A stretch of DNA of 64,000 bases from a virus (taxonomy: Duplodnaviria; Caudoviricetes). Numbering within the stretch: the stretch's first letter is position 1; the number at the start of each line of letters is the position of its first letter. The DNA is taken from the IMG/VR virus record IMGVR_UViG_3300026549_000045, positions 32,001-96,000 of that record, one strand, 5' to 3'. The translations under genes were made by a program, and so were the position numbers. The notes under the pieces are model-generated. The model ran no database searches. It was not told the origin of the DNA and saw only the letters and a program-made list of their open reading frames with translations. This document shows, piece by piece, positions 28,926 through 38,399 of this stretch.

Positions 28926-28928
28926 ATT

Positions 28929-29264
28929 ATGGCACAGATGAATGACAACGACATTGTAAATCTGCTGAAAGACCGCACGAGGCTGGAGCAGTACTTACTT
29001 GACATGATAACGTCAAGCGATAAGTTCAGTGAGAACCTGCCGCAGCTGCGCGACAAGGGGTGGAGCGAGAAGGGAATGCTTGACAAGGTGCTGGAGATTT
29101 CGTCCATCCAGTCGCAGCAGATTAAGCACCTGGCACTGATAGCTCTACTGTTGGTACACTCCAAGGAATTCGACTCGATTATCGCCCACACGATGATGGA
29201 GATGGGGCGCGGTCAGGAGGCTCTGCAGGAGATGTTGCGAAGAAAAATGAATAGAGGGTATTAA
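28929..29264 (+). CDS. Hypothetical protein
   Basis: 111 aa, AAGGAGG upstream. Confidence 0.7.
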   Translation: MAQMNDNDIVNLLKDRTRLEQYLLDMITSSDKFSENLPQLRDKGWSEKGMLDKVLEISSIQSQQIKHLALIALLLVHSKEFDSIIAHTMMEMGRGQEALQEMLRRKMNRGY

Positions 29265-29279
29265 GATGGAGGGCTGACT

Positions 29280-29837
29280 ATGGACGATTATCGGTTTATC
29301 GACACCAAAAAGTTTCGGGAGTGGATTAAGCGGTGCAAGTGCATCGAGCGCTACGAATGGTATAAGCGCGACCTGCGGCGCAAGCGTCCCAACCGCAAGA
29401 AAGGGCGCGACCTATACCACGGCATACAGGCCTACCGTCGGCGCGTCGGTCAGCATGAAGACAGACTGTACTTCCGTGGTGTGGCTGAGATGTACGACAA
29501 GCTACGCATAAAGGTCATCCGCCAGCATCCCGAACTGGCCGAGAAGATTCCAGACCTCTATATACGATTCCTCAGTCTGCGCTTCCCGCATCACGAGTTC
29601 GAGGCACAGCTCTACGCTAAGCCGAAGTCGCTAACCGAGTCGATAATGGACAGGTTCTACCACGACCTCAAAGACATGCGGATAAAGGTGTCGCCAATAA
29701 TGGCCGGGGAGTTAGCCAGGACGTTCGACGGCAAGGACGCGGTATTGGATCGGGTGAAAGAAGTAGAACCTACGGACGCGATAGTATCGTTTGCTTTGGC
29801 GATGTTAAGAGACGAAGAAAAGAGTAGTAACAAATAA
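29280..29837 (+). CDS. Hypothetical basic protein
   Basis: 185 aa. Confidence 0.65.
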   Translation: MDDYRFIDTKKFREWIKRCKCIERYEWYKRDLRRKRPNRKKGRDLYHGIQAYRRRVGQHEDRLYFRGVAEMYDKLRIKVIRQHPELAEKIPDLYIRFLSLRFPHHEFEAQLYAKPKSLTESIMDRFYHDLKDMRIKVSPIMAGELARTFDGKDAVLDRVKEVEPTDAIVSFALAMLRDEEKSSNK

Positions 29838-29849
29838 TGCTTTGGCGAT

Positions 29850-30221
29850 ATGAACAGAGAAGAAATGATTAACAAGATGGCCAATGCCATCAAGAAGATG
29901 AAGGAAGAGACCAACAAGGGAGTAATCAAAGACCACATGATCAACTCCGTAATAAATTGGAAAACGGGAAAGGAAACAGGACAAGGCGCTGTACTGACCT
30001 GTGGTACGAAGTTCGAGTACACCGAGGAAGTGCTGGACCATTGGAAAGAACAACTCGGAGCTGACGAGTTTCGCATCAAGGTGAGCGGTACACGGCTGTA
30101 TATCACGTTTATTGCCTATTACGAAGAGGATAAGCGCGAGGCCGACAGAAAGAAACTGATTCGGGCCATCAACGGTGAACTTGCTAAAGACGGCTTGCAC
30201 ATACCAATCAAGGAGGACTGA
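29850..30221 (+). CDS. Hypothetical protein
   Basis: 123 aa. Confidence 0.7.
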   Translation: MNREEMINKMANAIKKMKEETNKGVIKDHMINSVINWKTGKETGQGAVLTCGTKFEYTEEVLDHWKEQLGADEFRIKVSGTRLYITFIAYYEEDKREADRKKLIRAINGELAKDGLHIPIKED

Positions 30222-30223
30222 CT

Positions 30224-30583
30224 ATGAAAGTATGTCTGATTGGCTACATCGACAACACGCCTGAGAATAAGCAGATGCTCGATACCTACGAACTGCGAAA
30301 CGACTTCTGGGCTGAGAACTTCAAGTTTCGTCGCCGTGACGGTAAGAAGGTGACGGAGGACGAATTAAAACAAGTGTCTGCATGGATCGACCGAGAGATT
30401 GTGAAGAAGCACCGCACGAACTGGCTCAGCGAGAAGAACCCTGAGTACATCGACGTGACCGATCCAGCTGTCATCAAGAAATACTATTCGTGGATGACCG
30501 ATGAGGAAATACAAGAACGACTGGAGGCGGAGCGGCGACAGAAAAAGTTTGAAGATTTAAGAAATAAAATTTTAGCGATATGA
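30224..30583 (+). CDS. Hypothetical protein
   Basis: 119 aa, AAGGAGG upstream. Confidence 0.7.
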   Translation: MKVCLIGYIDNTPENKQMLDTYELRNDFWAENFKFRRRDGKKVTEDELKQVSAWIDREIVKKHRTNWLSEKNPEYIDVTDPAVIKKYYSWMTDEEIQERLEAERRQKKFEDLRNKILAI

Positions 30584-31335
30584 GAACAATACAGATTTCA
30601 GAAGAGGACTACGAGTTCTTGAAGGACTTGCAGCATGAGTTGAACACTCAGACAAACGACGGCAATGCCGATCCCGTTTATTGGGGAGTGATGGAACACA
30701 GGATGGAGCCTGCGCCAGAAGGTTGCGGCGATGCTATCATCTACATGGGCGACGGAGCCACGATGACTACCGAGGAAGCCGTGGAGTACATCAATGAGAA
30801 TATTGCTGACTACAGCGAGGACGTGCAAGATGAATGGAAGGAAAAGGACGACTTCGACCGCAGCGACATGCCTACGGTTGTCGATTTCCTTCACGACACG
30901 ATGCAACTATATGAGTGCCGCATCGTATGGGAGGAGGAGAAAGACTTCATCAGCCGAGAGACGGGAGCCTTCATCACCAAGCGGGCTTGCAAGGAGTACA
31001 TCGAGAAATGCCACTACAACCACTCGAAGCCGCACACCTACGCCATGACCGCCTATCGTAACTACGAACTTGGGCGACTGCTGAAGATACTGCGCAATGG
31101 GTTGGACTTTACACCAGCCACGGATAGCATCTGGCACTCTATCGACGAGAAGGCCGACAGCAGCAAGTTCGTGGTGCTCTACGATGTGGAAGGCGGATAC
31201 ATGAGTCCCGCAAGCAGATGTATTCTCGGTTTCGATTCAATGTTCATCAATGCAATGAACAAGAAATACGGGGCCAATTACACGATGTGGGCTTACATGG
31301 ACGACTTGGCACCAAAGAAGGAGGCAGACGTATGA
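30580..31335 (+). CDS. Hypothetical phage protein
   Basis: 251 aa, ATGA overlap. Confidence 0.75.
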   Translation: MRTIQISEEDYEFLKDLQHELNTQTNDGNADPVYWGVMEHRMEPAPEGCGDAIIYMGDGATMTTEEAVEYINENIADYSEDVQDEWKEKDDFDRSDMPTVVDFLHDTMQLYECRIVWEEEKDFISRETGAFITKRACKEYIEKCHYNHSKPHTYAMTAYRNYELGRLLKILRNGLDFTPATDSIWHSIDEKADSSKFVVLYDVEGGYMSPASRCILGFDSMFINAMNKKYGANYTMWAYMDDLAPKKEADV

Positions 31336-31580
31336 AAACGGAACTGACTTGTGAGATACTGGAGCGTAACGGTTTTGTGCATAGCCTGGAGACGAAATCG
31401 CTGACGATTACGCATAAGCTGCACTATCAGCAAGAGTCGGTACGCATCCTTGCCTGCTTCGACTACTTCAATGACAAGTGGATGATATACGCACTGTCAT
31501 TCTTGGGTTATGCTCGCACGGTGCAAGACATGAACAAGTTGTTGAAACGAAATAATATTGATAAGGAGATAAAGGCATGA
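31332..31580 (+). CDS. Hypothetical protein
   Basis: Start moved to ATG 31332 (AGGAGG upstream, ATGA overlap). Confidence 0.6.
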   Translation: MKTELTCEILERNGFVHSLETKSLTITHKLHYQQESVRILACFDYFNDKWMIYALSFLGYARTVQDMNKLLKRNNIDKEIKA

Positions 31581-31795
31581 CGAGATACACAGTTTTTCTA
31601 CTACAGCAGGCATATCCCGACCAAATCGAGATATTGAAACATAAGCAAGATGACGGCATTTATATCGAGTGCTGGCTGCTCAACGAGGACAAGACTCCGC
31701 ACATGATGTTGTTTGATGGCGGTCCGTTCCAGAATGAACTTGCGATAGATAATACTATTGACAAGCTATTGAAGATTAAACTTGAAGAGAACTGA
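31577..31795 (+). CDS. Hypothetical protein
   Basis: 72 aa, ATGA overlap. Confidence 0.6.
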   Translation: MTRYTVFLLQQAYPDQIEILKHKQDDGIYIECWLLNEDKTPHMMLFDGGPFQNELAIDNTIDKLLKIKLEEN

Positions 31796-31797
31796 TT

Positions 31798-32214
31798 ATG
31801 ACAAAGGAAGAGTTAGAGAAGATTGGGACCTCGATGACGAAGGAGCAAATCATTGAGCGTGCGAAGACGCTGCGACCAGTGGCTGAGTTTAGGAGAGTTG
31901 GCGGCATGATGTTCTGGGTGGATGGTGGCAGGATTCATACGTGGTCCTATACATGGGATTTGAAACGCCTGAAGCCGACGGGATTTCTGCGAGAGTTGGG
32001 ACGCATCAAGACGTACCATAACGGCACCCGCTTTTTCTTCAAGCCGTCGGTTGATGAGTGTGTCTGTCAGTGTCCTTATCCAGAGGCAACGGCCTTTATG
32101 ATAGCGCCATGCAGCGCATCCTACGACTATGAACTTGACTACTGGGAGGCTGAGACAATTTACTATGCTGGAACCATGCCAGACGATATCAAGAACAGAG
32201 AAATTGAATGGTGA
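31798..32214 (+). CDS. Hypothetical protein
   Basis: 138 aa. Confidence 0.7.
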   Translation: MTKEELEKIGTSMTKEQIIERAKTLRPVAEFRRVGGMMFWVDGGRIHTWSYTWDLKRLKPTGFLRELGRIKTYHNGTRFFFKPSVDECVCQCPYPEATAFMIAPCSASYDYELDYWEAETIYYAGTMPDDIKNREIEW

Positions 32215-32216
32215 AT

Positions 32217-32594
32217 ATGGCAAAATTTGTATATTGCAACTTCAACCCCAAACAGCTACACACCAACGACTGCCTGGTAAGAGCACTGGCTTATTTCTTT
32301 GGCGTGTCATGGCGCAAGGCTTTCCTTGACATCATCGAGTGGTGCGCAGACCGTGGCTGGGTCGATTGGAACTACCGCAGCAAGTATAACGTTTATCTCG
32401 CTGAGCGTGGCTTTGAGCGCCACAAGACTCCCGAACGTGGTATGACCGTCGGCAGGTTCTGTGATGAGTTTGCCGAGGAAGGGAAGGTTTATATGGTGCA
32501 GGTCAAGCGACACATGACCATTGTTCACAACAAGGAAATCAACGACACCTGGGATTGTTCCGACAGAATTGTGGAATATTACTGGGTTAGATAA
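32217..32594 (+). CDS. Conserved phage protein, possible papain-like Cys/His/Asp fold
   Basis: NDCLVRAL...RHMTIV...INDTWDC. Confidence 0.65.
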   Translation: MAKFVYCNFNPKQLHTNDCLVRALAYFFGVSWRKAFLDIIEWCADRGWVDWNYRSKYNVYLAERGFERHKTPERGMTVGRFCDEFAEEGKVYMVQVKRHMTIVHNKEINDTWDCSDRIVEYYWVR

Positions 32595-32672
32595 TAGAGA
32601 ATACAAACTATCAAATACGCTAAGATATGAAAGCAATATTGTGTAGATAATTTGATGAAGGAGGATTAACGT

Positions 32673-33320
32673 ATGGAAAACGAAAGATATCTACTGAACC
32701 TGTATGTGCATCCAGAGAGCGAATACCGCCAGAACATACAGGAGCCGTTCAGACAGGACGGCAGGATTTGCGCCACCGACGGACGTATGCTGATACGCAT
32801 TGCCGAAGGACTGTGCGAGGAAGAGTACACCGACATGCCTAACGGACTGAAGCCGGTGAATACCAGTAAAGTCATCCCGCAGAAGAACATGTGCGAGACG
32901 GTCACGGCGCTGATGCTTAGCAAGGCATTAGAGAAGGCTCCCGAGGAGAAGGAACGCAACTGCCCTGAGTGCAACGGCAGCGGTAAGGTGGATTACGAAT
33001 ACCGCGACCGTCATTACGATAGGCATACAATGGAGGGAGAATGCCCAGAGTGTGAAGGCACAGGCGAAGTTGGCGATTATACGCCCATCAAGTACCAGTT
33101 CACGCTTCACGGATACCCTCTGTCCTACAATCACCTGAAGATGCTGCTACGCACGATGGCCTATCTGAAGACCGACAACCTGCGACTGCGCCACATTCAG
33201 AAAGGCGAAGGTGACTCGCAGCAGTTGCTCTTCGATGTTGAAGATAAGGATATCGAAATCCTTGCTATGCCACAGCTGAGAGACGAGGAGTTGAAAGAGA
33301 TTAAAATAACCGTTAAGTAG
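32673..33320 (+). CDS. Protein with DnaJ-type CxxCxGxG zinc finger
   Basis: CPECNGSG and CPECEGTG; CATDGRMLI. Confidence 0.75.
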   Translation: MENERYLLNLYVHPESEYRQNIQEPFRQDGRICATDGRMLIRIAEGLCEEEYTDMPNGLKPVNTSKVIPQKNMCETVTALMLSKALEKAPEEKERNCPECNGSGKVDYEYRDRHYDRHTMEGECPECEGTGEVGDYTPIKYQFTLHGYPLSYNHLKMLLRTMAYLKTDNLRLRHIQKGEGDSQQLLFDVEDKDIEILAMPQLRDEELKEIKITVK

Positions 33321-33329
33321 GACTGACGT

Positions 33330-34121
33330 ATGCTGATAAAACTGACAAGCAAATGCTCGATGATGTGTCCGCACTGTATGGAGGATGCACAGGTGACGGG
33401 GACAATGATGACGCTCGAAACGTTCAAGCAGGCCGTAAAGTTCGGCACGTACATCGGTAACGCCCATTTCGCGCTGTCTGGCGGTGAGCCGACGGAGAAC
33501 GAGCATATCACCGAAATGTGTGAATGGCTTGACCTCGCCACGGGCTGCAACTTCACCATTGTGTCAAACGGCACCTGGCTAAAGGACGAGAGGAAGCGGC
33601 AGCGTGTAGAGTGGATAAGCCGACTGCGCAGCTACATAGGTATGCAGGTATATACCAACAAGCAGTGGTACAAGGACTACGACTACGTGGTGAACCACAA
33701 GCATGAATACGAGCGGTATAACAAGGTCATCGTTGACATAGATACCCACATCTTTATGCAAGACCTCGGACGTGCCAAGACCAATCCAGAGGCGCAGAAG
33801 GAGGTTGACGCAAACCCGCACTTCATGTCGTGCCTGAACACCGTACTGACAGCCATTCAGGTACCAGACCCGCAGGAGTTCGGAATCACGATGATGATGC
33901 ACCGCCAGTTCTGTAAACCGTCGGTCGATTGCGAGGGCAACGTCCACATGTCGGAGAGTCGCCTGTGCCCGTCTGTCGGAAACGTCAATACCGACAGCTT
34001 CGCAGACATCTGGCAGCATATGCGCGAGTTCCGTCCGTGCGGTCACTGCAAGCAGTATCGTAAGTTCATGGAAAGTCCACGCGCCGACATTGCTGCAGCA
34101 AGGGAGGCGATGGGATTGTAG
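33330..34121 (+). CDS. Radical SAM protein with C-terminal Cys cluster (SPASM/twitch-like)
   Basis: CSMMCPHC, LSGGEP, SNG; FC...C...LC...CGHC. Confidence 0.85.
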   Translation: MLIKLTSKCSMMCPHCMEDAQVTGTMMTLETFKQAVKFGTYIGNAHFALSGGEPTENEHITEMCEWLDLATGCNFTIVSNGTWLKDERKRQRVEWISRLRSYIGMQVYTNKQWYKDYDYVVNHKHEYERYNKVIVDIDTHIFMQDLGRAKTNPEAQKEVDANPHFMSCLNTVLTAIQVPDPQEFGITMMMHRQFCKPSVDCEGNVHMSESRLCPSVGNVNTDSFADIWQHMREFRPCGHCKQYRKFMESPRADIAAAREAMGL

Positions 34122-34140
34122 AAACAAATATAGAAGTGTT

Positions 34141-34442
34141 ATGACAGAACAAGAAATCAAAAAGAAGTTTGACGAGGTGCAGGAAATCCTGGACTCGATG
34201 CAGGGTGCTGGTGCAACGTGTATGTTCATCGGGCACGAGGGAAACCACTTTGTCATCAGTGGCAGCCCTACGAACATTTCGGCGCAGATTGTTTTTGCAA
34301 TGATGCGCTACCTATTGTCAAGGATATCATCAAGACGTGTGCTGAGCGCTTTGACGAACTTAACGAAGAGTGTGGCGCCGGTGTGAGGGATATCAAAATG
34401 GATCATTTGATTGAAAAGAACTCAGGTAATAAAGGAAATTGA
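34141..34442 (+). pseudogene. Frameshifted hypothetical gene
   Basis: MTEQEIKK...AMMRY continues as PIVKDIIK...GNKGN in another frame; one C apparently missing at 34311-34312. Confidence 0.65.
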
Positions 34443-34444
34443 AT

Positions 34445-35161
34445 ATGACAAACAAAGAAATTATCAACGCATTCCCAGAATGCAGCAGAATCAAGAAGGC
34501 CGACATGGCCGAGTGTGTAAACCGCGTGTTTGATGAAGTGAAGTTCTATAACGAGGTGGGCGACTTCCTGATGAAGCACTGCGAGACGTTGTGGCCGCAG
34601 CCGACGAACTGGCGCATAGACCGCACCGACTTCGACATCTGGTGCAACTACTTCTATGGCAACTACGAGACGAAGGACTTCCGCTTCCGTGATTGGAGAA
34701 CGAGTATCGAGCATGAGTTTGTCACCCGCCACGGTCAACACCGTACCTATGACGAAGCCTGTCAGGTGGCAGCCGACGAGTGGGCGAGGATGATATTCGG
34801 CAGACACATTCAGGACAATGGCGACAAGTCGTCGGATGGTGTGTTTGGCAATATGCTCGCCACGATTGTCAAGGACAGGTGTTGCTCTGGCTACGGTCAG
34901 GATGTCATAGACCGCTTCCGTGAGGCTATCAAGCAGCACTACCTCGGCCACTGCATCTACGAGAGCAAGGAGCACGGCAGTTACCGCGACATTCCAGACT
35001 GCGACTACCATCCGTCTCCATCGCTGCGCAAGGCACTCAGCGACGCTGGATGCAAGGACGATGACATCAGCTATATGTGTCCATGCAAGACCTGCATTAT
35101 CATCGACGAGGTTGACAACTCCGTCTGCATCCGTGGCTATCAGACAGCGAGGTATATGTAA
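34445..35161 (+). CDS. Hypothetical protein
   Basis: 238 aa from ATG 34445. Confidence 0.7.
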   Translation: MTNKEIINAFPECSRIKKADMAECVNRVFDEVKFYNEVGDFLMKHCETLWPQPTNWRIDRTDFDIWCNYFYGNYETKDFRFRDWRTSIEHEFVTRHGQHRTYDEACQVAADEWARMIFGRHIQDNGDKSSDGVFGNMLATIVKDRCCSGYGQDVIDRFREAIKQHYLGHCIYESKEHGSYRDIPDCDYHPSPSLRKALSDAGCKDDDISYMCPCKTCIIIDEVDNSVCIRGYQTARYM

Positions 35162-35178
35162 AATTGGAGGCAAGACGG

Positions 35179-35919
35179 ATGACGAGTGAAGTGTTTAATG
35201 TGGACTGTATGGAGTATATGCGCGGTATTCCTGACAAGGCGTTCGACCTGGTGTTGGGCGACCCGCCGTATGGACTCTATGCCAGCAAGCCGAAGAAGAA
35301 AACCGATGCGGTGAAGCAGAAGAACGGTCGCGTGCTGACGGCCAGGTGTAACGACTACGGCAAGAAGAACTGGGACGCGAAGATACCGCCGCAGACGTTC
35401 TTCGACGAGTTGCGCCGCATCAGCCGACATCAGATAATCTTCGGTGCCAACTATTTCGGACTGCAGGGCGGCATGATTGTCTGGGATAAGATCAACGGTG
35501 ACAGCGACCAGATGGGATGTGAGATAGCCTACCAATCGTTCAATACTCGCACGGACATCGTTCACTTCATGTGGAACGGTATGATGCAGGGCATATACTG
35601 TGGCCGCGATGCGGGCAAGGCAATGGTTCAGCAGGGTAATAAGACCCAGAACGAGAAACGTATCCATCCGACGCAGAAGCCCGTTGCGCTATATGCCTGG
35701 CTGCTGAGAGAATATGCCAAGAATGGCTGGCGCATCTTCGACCCGATGATGGGCAGTCAGTCAAGTCGTATCGCCGCCTATAAGACCGGCTTCGACTTCG
35801 TGGGTTGCGAGATAGACAGGGAGTATTTCGACACAGGTTGTGAGCGATTCGATGCGGAGTGTCTGAACCGTACAAAGATACCCACAGGCCAGATTGTCGA
35901 GCAACTGTCACTATTTTGA
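35179..35919 (+). CDS. Beta-class N6A/N4C DNA methyltransferase
   Basis: DPPY, IHPTQKPV, FDPMMGSQS, GCEID. Confidence 0.9.
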   Translation: MTSEVFNVDCMEYMRGIPDKAFDLVLGDPPYGLYASKPKKKTDAVKQKNGRVLTARCNDYGKKNWDAKIPPQTFFDELRRISRHQIIFGANYFGLQGGMIVWDKINGDSDQMGCEIAYQSFNTRTDIVHFMWNGMMQGIYCGRDAGKAMVQQGNKTQNEKRIHPTQKPVALYAWLLREYAKNGWRIFDPMMGSQSSRIAAYKTGFDFVGCEIDREYFDTGCERFDAECLNRTKIPTGQIVEQLSLF

Positions 35920-35975
35920 AAATAAAGAAAGAGTAGCCAAGCTGCTCAATAGTATTAACAATAAAAGTATCATTT

Positions 35976-36452
35976 ATGCAAAACTTAGACGAAATGGCCG
36001 AGAAGTACATTCAGGCCGTAGAGAAACAGAAGAGAGTTGAGAACGCAGACTTTGACGGCAAGTTTACACGCGGCGACATGGAGACCTGCTGCGTCTATGG
36101 CGCACAGGAGGCAATGGTGCTGCACGAGGGCGAGACCGGCACGTTCGGCCAGGCCATCGGCTCGCTGAAGCACGGCTTTCTCGTAGCCCGCGAGGGCTGG
36201 AACGGCAAGGGCATGTTCCTCTTCCTGCGTCCTTGGGACTCGCTGAAGGACGAGTTTATCATCGACACCGTGAAGTCGCTTCCCTTCAACTTCAAGGAGT
36301 GGGTCAAGGCGCATCCCAACGAATCGGGTGAGCGATTCTTTACCCAGTACATCTGCATGAAGGCTGCCGACGGCTCCGTTGTCAACGGTTGGAATGCAAC
36401 GCAGGTTGACATGCTATCCGAGGACTGGGTGTTGGTGAATCCCAACGAGTAA
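35976..36452 (+). CDS. DUF2829 / Tad2-like anti-defence sponge protein
   Basis: FGQAI..LK.G..VAREGWNGKGMFLFL...GWNATQVDMLSEDW. Confidence 0.8.
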   Translation: MQNLDEMAEKYIQAVEKQKRVENADFDGKFTRGDMETCCVYGAQEAMVLHEGETGTFGQAIGSLKHGFLVAREGWNGKGMFLFLRPWDSLKDEFIIDTVKSLPFNFKEWVKAHPNESGERFFTQYICMKAADGSVVNGWNATQVDMLSEDWVLVNPNE

Positions 36453-36515
36453 GCCCACACACCGCCACCGACCCCGCAGGGCTGTCACGGCCTTGCGGGA
36501 GATTGGAAAGCGAAC

Positions 36516-36541
36516 CACGAATTTCACGAATTTCACGAATT
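36516..36541. repeat. Short tandem repeat (CACGAATTT)x~3
   Basis: CACGAATTT CACGAATTT CACGAATT, intergenic, after a GC hairpin. Confidence 0.8.
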
Positions 36542-36559
36542 ATTAAAAGGAATACGATT

Positions 36560-37090
36560 ATGAACGACATTGAATTATTGAAGCGCGACATTTCCGCACG
36601 ACTGCCCTTCGGTGTGTATTGCGAGATGGGCAACAAGAAATCGAAAATCGAGGAAACGCTGCACACTGGCGGTCTTGACATGCTGCTTGATGACAGGTGG
36701 ACGGTGAAGCCTTACCTGTTCCGCATGAGCGACATTACGACGGAAATAACGCTGCGCGGCAAGAAGGTGAAGATGATTGACCGCATCCTCGACATTCTGA
36801 ACCTCGACGGCTACTGCGGTATATACACATCGTGGGAGCATGACACGGACGACCTAAAGTTTATCATTGTGAAGACTTGGGGCGAACCGACGTACCGACT
36901 CGACCTTGAAAGTCTTATCGTGTATAAGTACGGCGAGTATGGGAAGATAGAGCCGACATCGTGGACGTACTACCTGAGCATCTACAATCTGCTGCTGGAG
37001 AATTTCTTCGACGTGAACGGGCTGGTACCAAAAGGGCTGGCCTACGCAGTGAACAACAATAATAATCCGTATAAGACCAAGGAGGACTGA
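36560..37090 (+). CDS. Hypothetical phage protein
   Basis: ELLKRDISARLPFGV; start moved to ATG 36560. Confidence 0.7.
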   Translation: MNDIELLKRDISARLPFGVYCEMGNKKSKIEETLHTGGLDMLLDDRWTVKPYLFRMSDITTEITLRGKKVKMIDRILDILNLDGYCGIYTSWEHDTDDLKFIIVKTWGEPTYRLDLESLIVYKYGEYGKIEPTSWTYYLSIYNLLLENFFDVNGLVPKGLAYAVNNNNNPYKTKED

Positions 37091-37092
37091 CT

Positions 37093-37950
37093 ATGAACTG
37101 GTATATCAACAGTTGCGACGGCATATACAATTCCTTCGATGTGCATTTCACGTCGGAGTGCGACAACCGTTGCAAGCATTGCATCGACGCAAAGTACGAC
37201 GGCAAGGGTATCAAGAAACCTGATGCCCATGCCATCGCCAAGACAATCATCGACAATCAGAAGGGCTTCGAGGACGTGTTGTTCCTCGGTGGCGAGCCGT
37301 GCCTGCATCTGCCGGAACTCTGCGACTGCATCCGTATGATCAAGCAGGAGACGTGGCTAAAATGCTATGTCACCACGTCGGCACCAGCTATCTGCCATAG
37401 GCTATACCCGAAGTTCGTGGAACTACTGGAGATAGCTGACGGTGTGAATATCTCGGTGCAGCACTACCGTGAGGATGTGGCCGACAAGATACGCGGCACA
37501 CGCTCTACTTACGACCGCCAGGCATTCTATGCCTCGTTGCCGTATAAGCGGAAGATACGCATCCATTTGAACATCGTGCGTCCTTACCTCTGCGAAAAGA
37601 ATGACATACTGGAGTGCCTGGGCCACTACGACTATATGGGCTTCCCTGTCATCAAACTCTCGGAGTTGCAGCGTGCATCGGACAGCTACGCATCGTTCGA
37701 GCAGATTATGGATGTAAAGCTCCCGTCACCATACGCTCACGGCTGTCAGACGTGGTTTAATATGCGAAAGTTCATTGCCGACTACCAAGGCCGTCTGCTG
37801 CTGAAACGCTCGTGCTTCCTGAACGAAGAATCATGCAAGGCCAGTCTGATGGACGGTGTGAAGGTGATACGCAAATGTTTTGTGAAACCAAAGCCACAGC
37901 ACTACGCAGTGGTATATGAAGATGGCTCACTCAGCAATGGGTGGTTATAG
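37093..37950 (+). CDS. Radical SAM protein
   Basis: CDNRCKHC, FLGGEP, VNIS. Confidence 0.85.
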   Translation: MNWYINSCDGIYNSFDVHFTSECDNRCKHCIDAKYDGKGIKKPDAHAIAKTIIDNQKGFEDVLFLGGEPCLHLPELCDCIRMIKQETWLKCYVTTSAPAICHRLYPKFVELLEIADGVNISVQHYREDVADKIRGTRSTYDRQAFYASLPYKRKIRIHLNIVRPYLCEKNDILECLGHYDYMGFPVIKLSELQRASDSYASFEQIMDVKLPSPYAHGCQTWFNMRKFIADYQGRLLLKRSCFLNEESCKASLMDGVKVIRKCFVKPKPQHYAVVYEDGSLSNGWL

Positions 37951-37974
37951 TATAAACCAAATAACAACAAGATT

Positions 37975-38163
37975 ATGTGGACAAAGTTTTTGAGAAACCT
38001 GATGGCGCAGAACGCGCTGAAGATGAGCCACTGCTCCAGCGGTGGCGGGTATGACGGCGGTTGTCACTGCTCTCATAGTGGCGAAACACTCTATCGCAAA
38101 GTAGGCTATGGCCATTGCGCCACCTACGAGCCAGTCAATCATGGTGTCGGACATTGCGGATAG
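37975..38163 (+). CDS. His-Cys/Gly-rich peptide, candidate RiPP precursor
   Basis: 62 aa with four HC motifs, ends GHCG; 24 bp after the radical SAM stop. Confidence 0.6.
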   Translation: MWTKFLRNLMAQNALKMSHCSSGGGYDGGCHCSHSGETLYRKVGYGHCATYEPVNHGVGHCG

Positions 38164-38175
38164 GAGGACCGACGA

Positions 38176-38391
38176 ATGAACTGCACATGCGCCAACTGCC
38201 TGAATGCCTATAATTCGCCCTACCACGAACTGCCCCAATGCTACAACAAAGATTGGTTGTATCAGGGACAGGATGCGGACTGCTCAGTACGCCCGGACGA
38301 ATCGTGTGGCACATGGCAGCGTCGCGGCGAGAATCAGCCGCCCGTGAAATTTCCACGGGCGGTGCAACTGGAATTATTCAAGGAATTATAA
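38176..38391 (+). CDS. Small Cys-rich protein
   Basis: CTCANC...QLELF; AGGAGG upstream. Confidence 0.6.
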   Translation: MNCTCANCLNAYNSPYHELPQCYNKDWLYQGQDADCSVRPDESCGTWQRRGENQPPVKFPRAVQLELFKEL

Positions 38392-38399
38392 AAACGATT

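Noticed and set aside
36516-36541. CRISPR array
   Set aside because: 9-bp units without spacers; no repeat-spacer array or cas gene seen anywhere in the window
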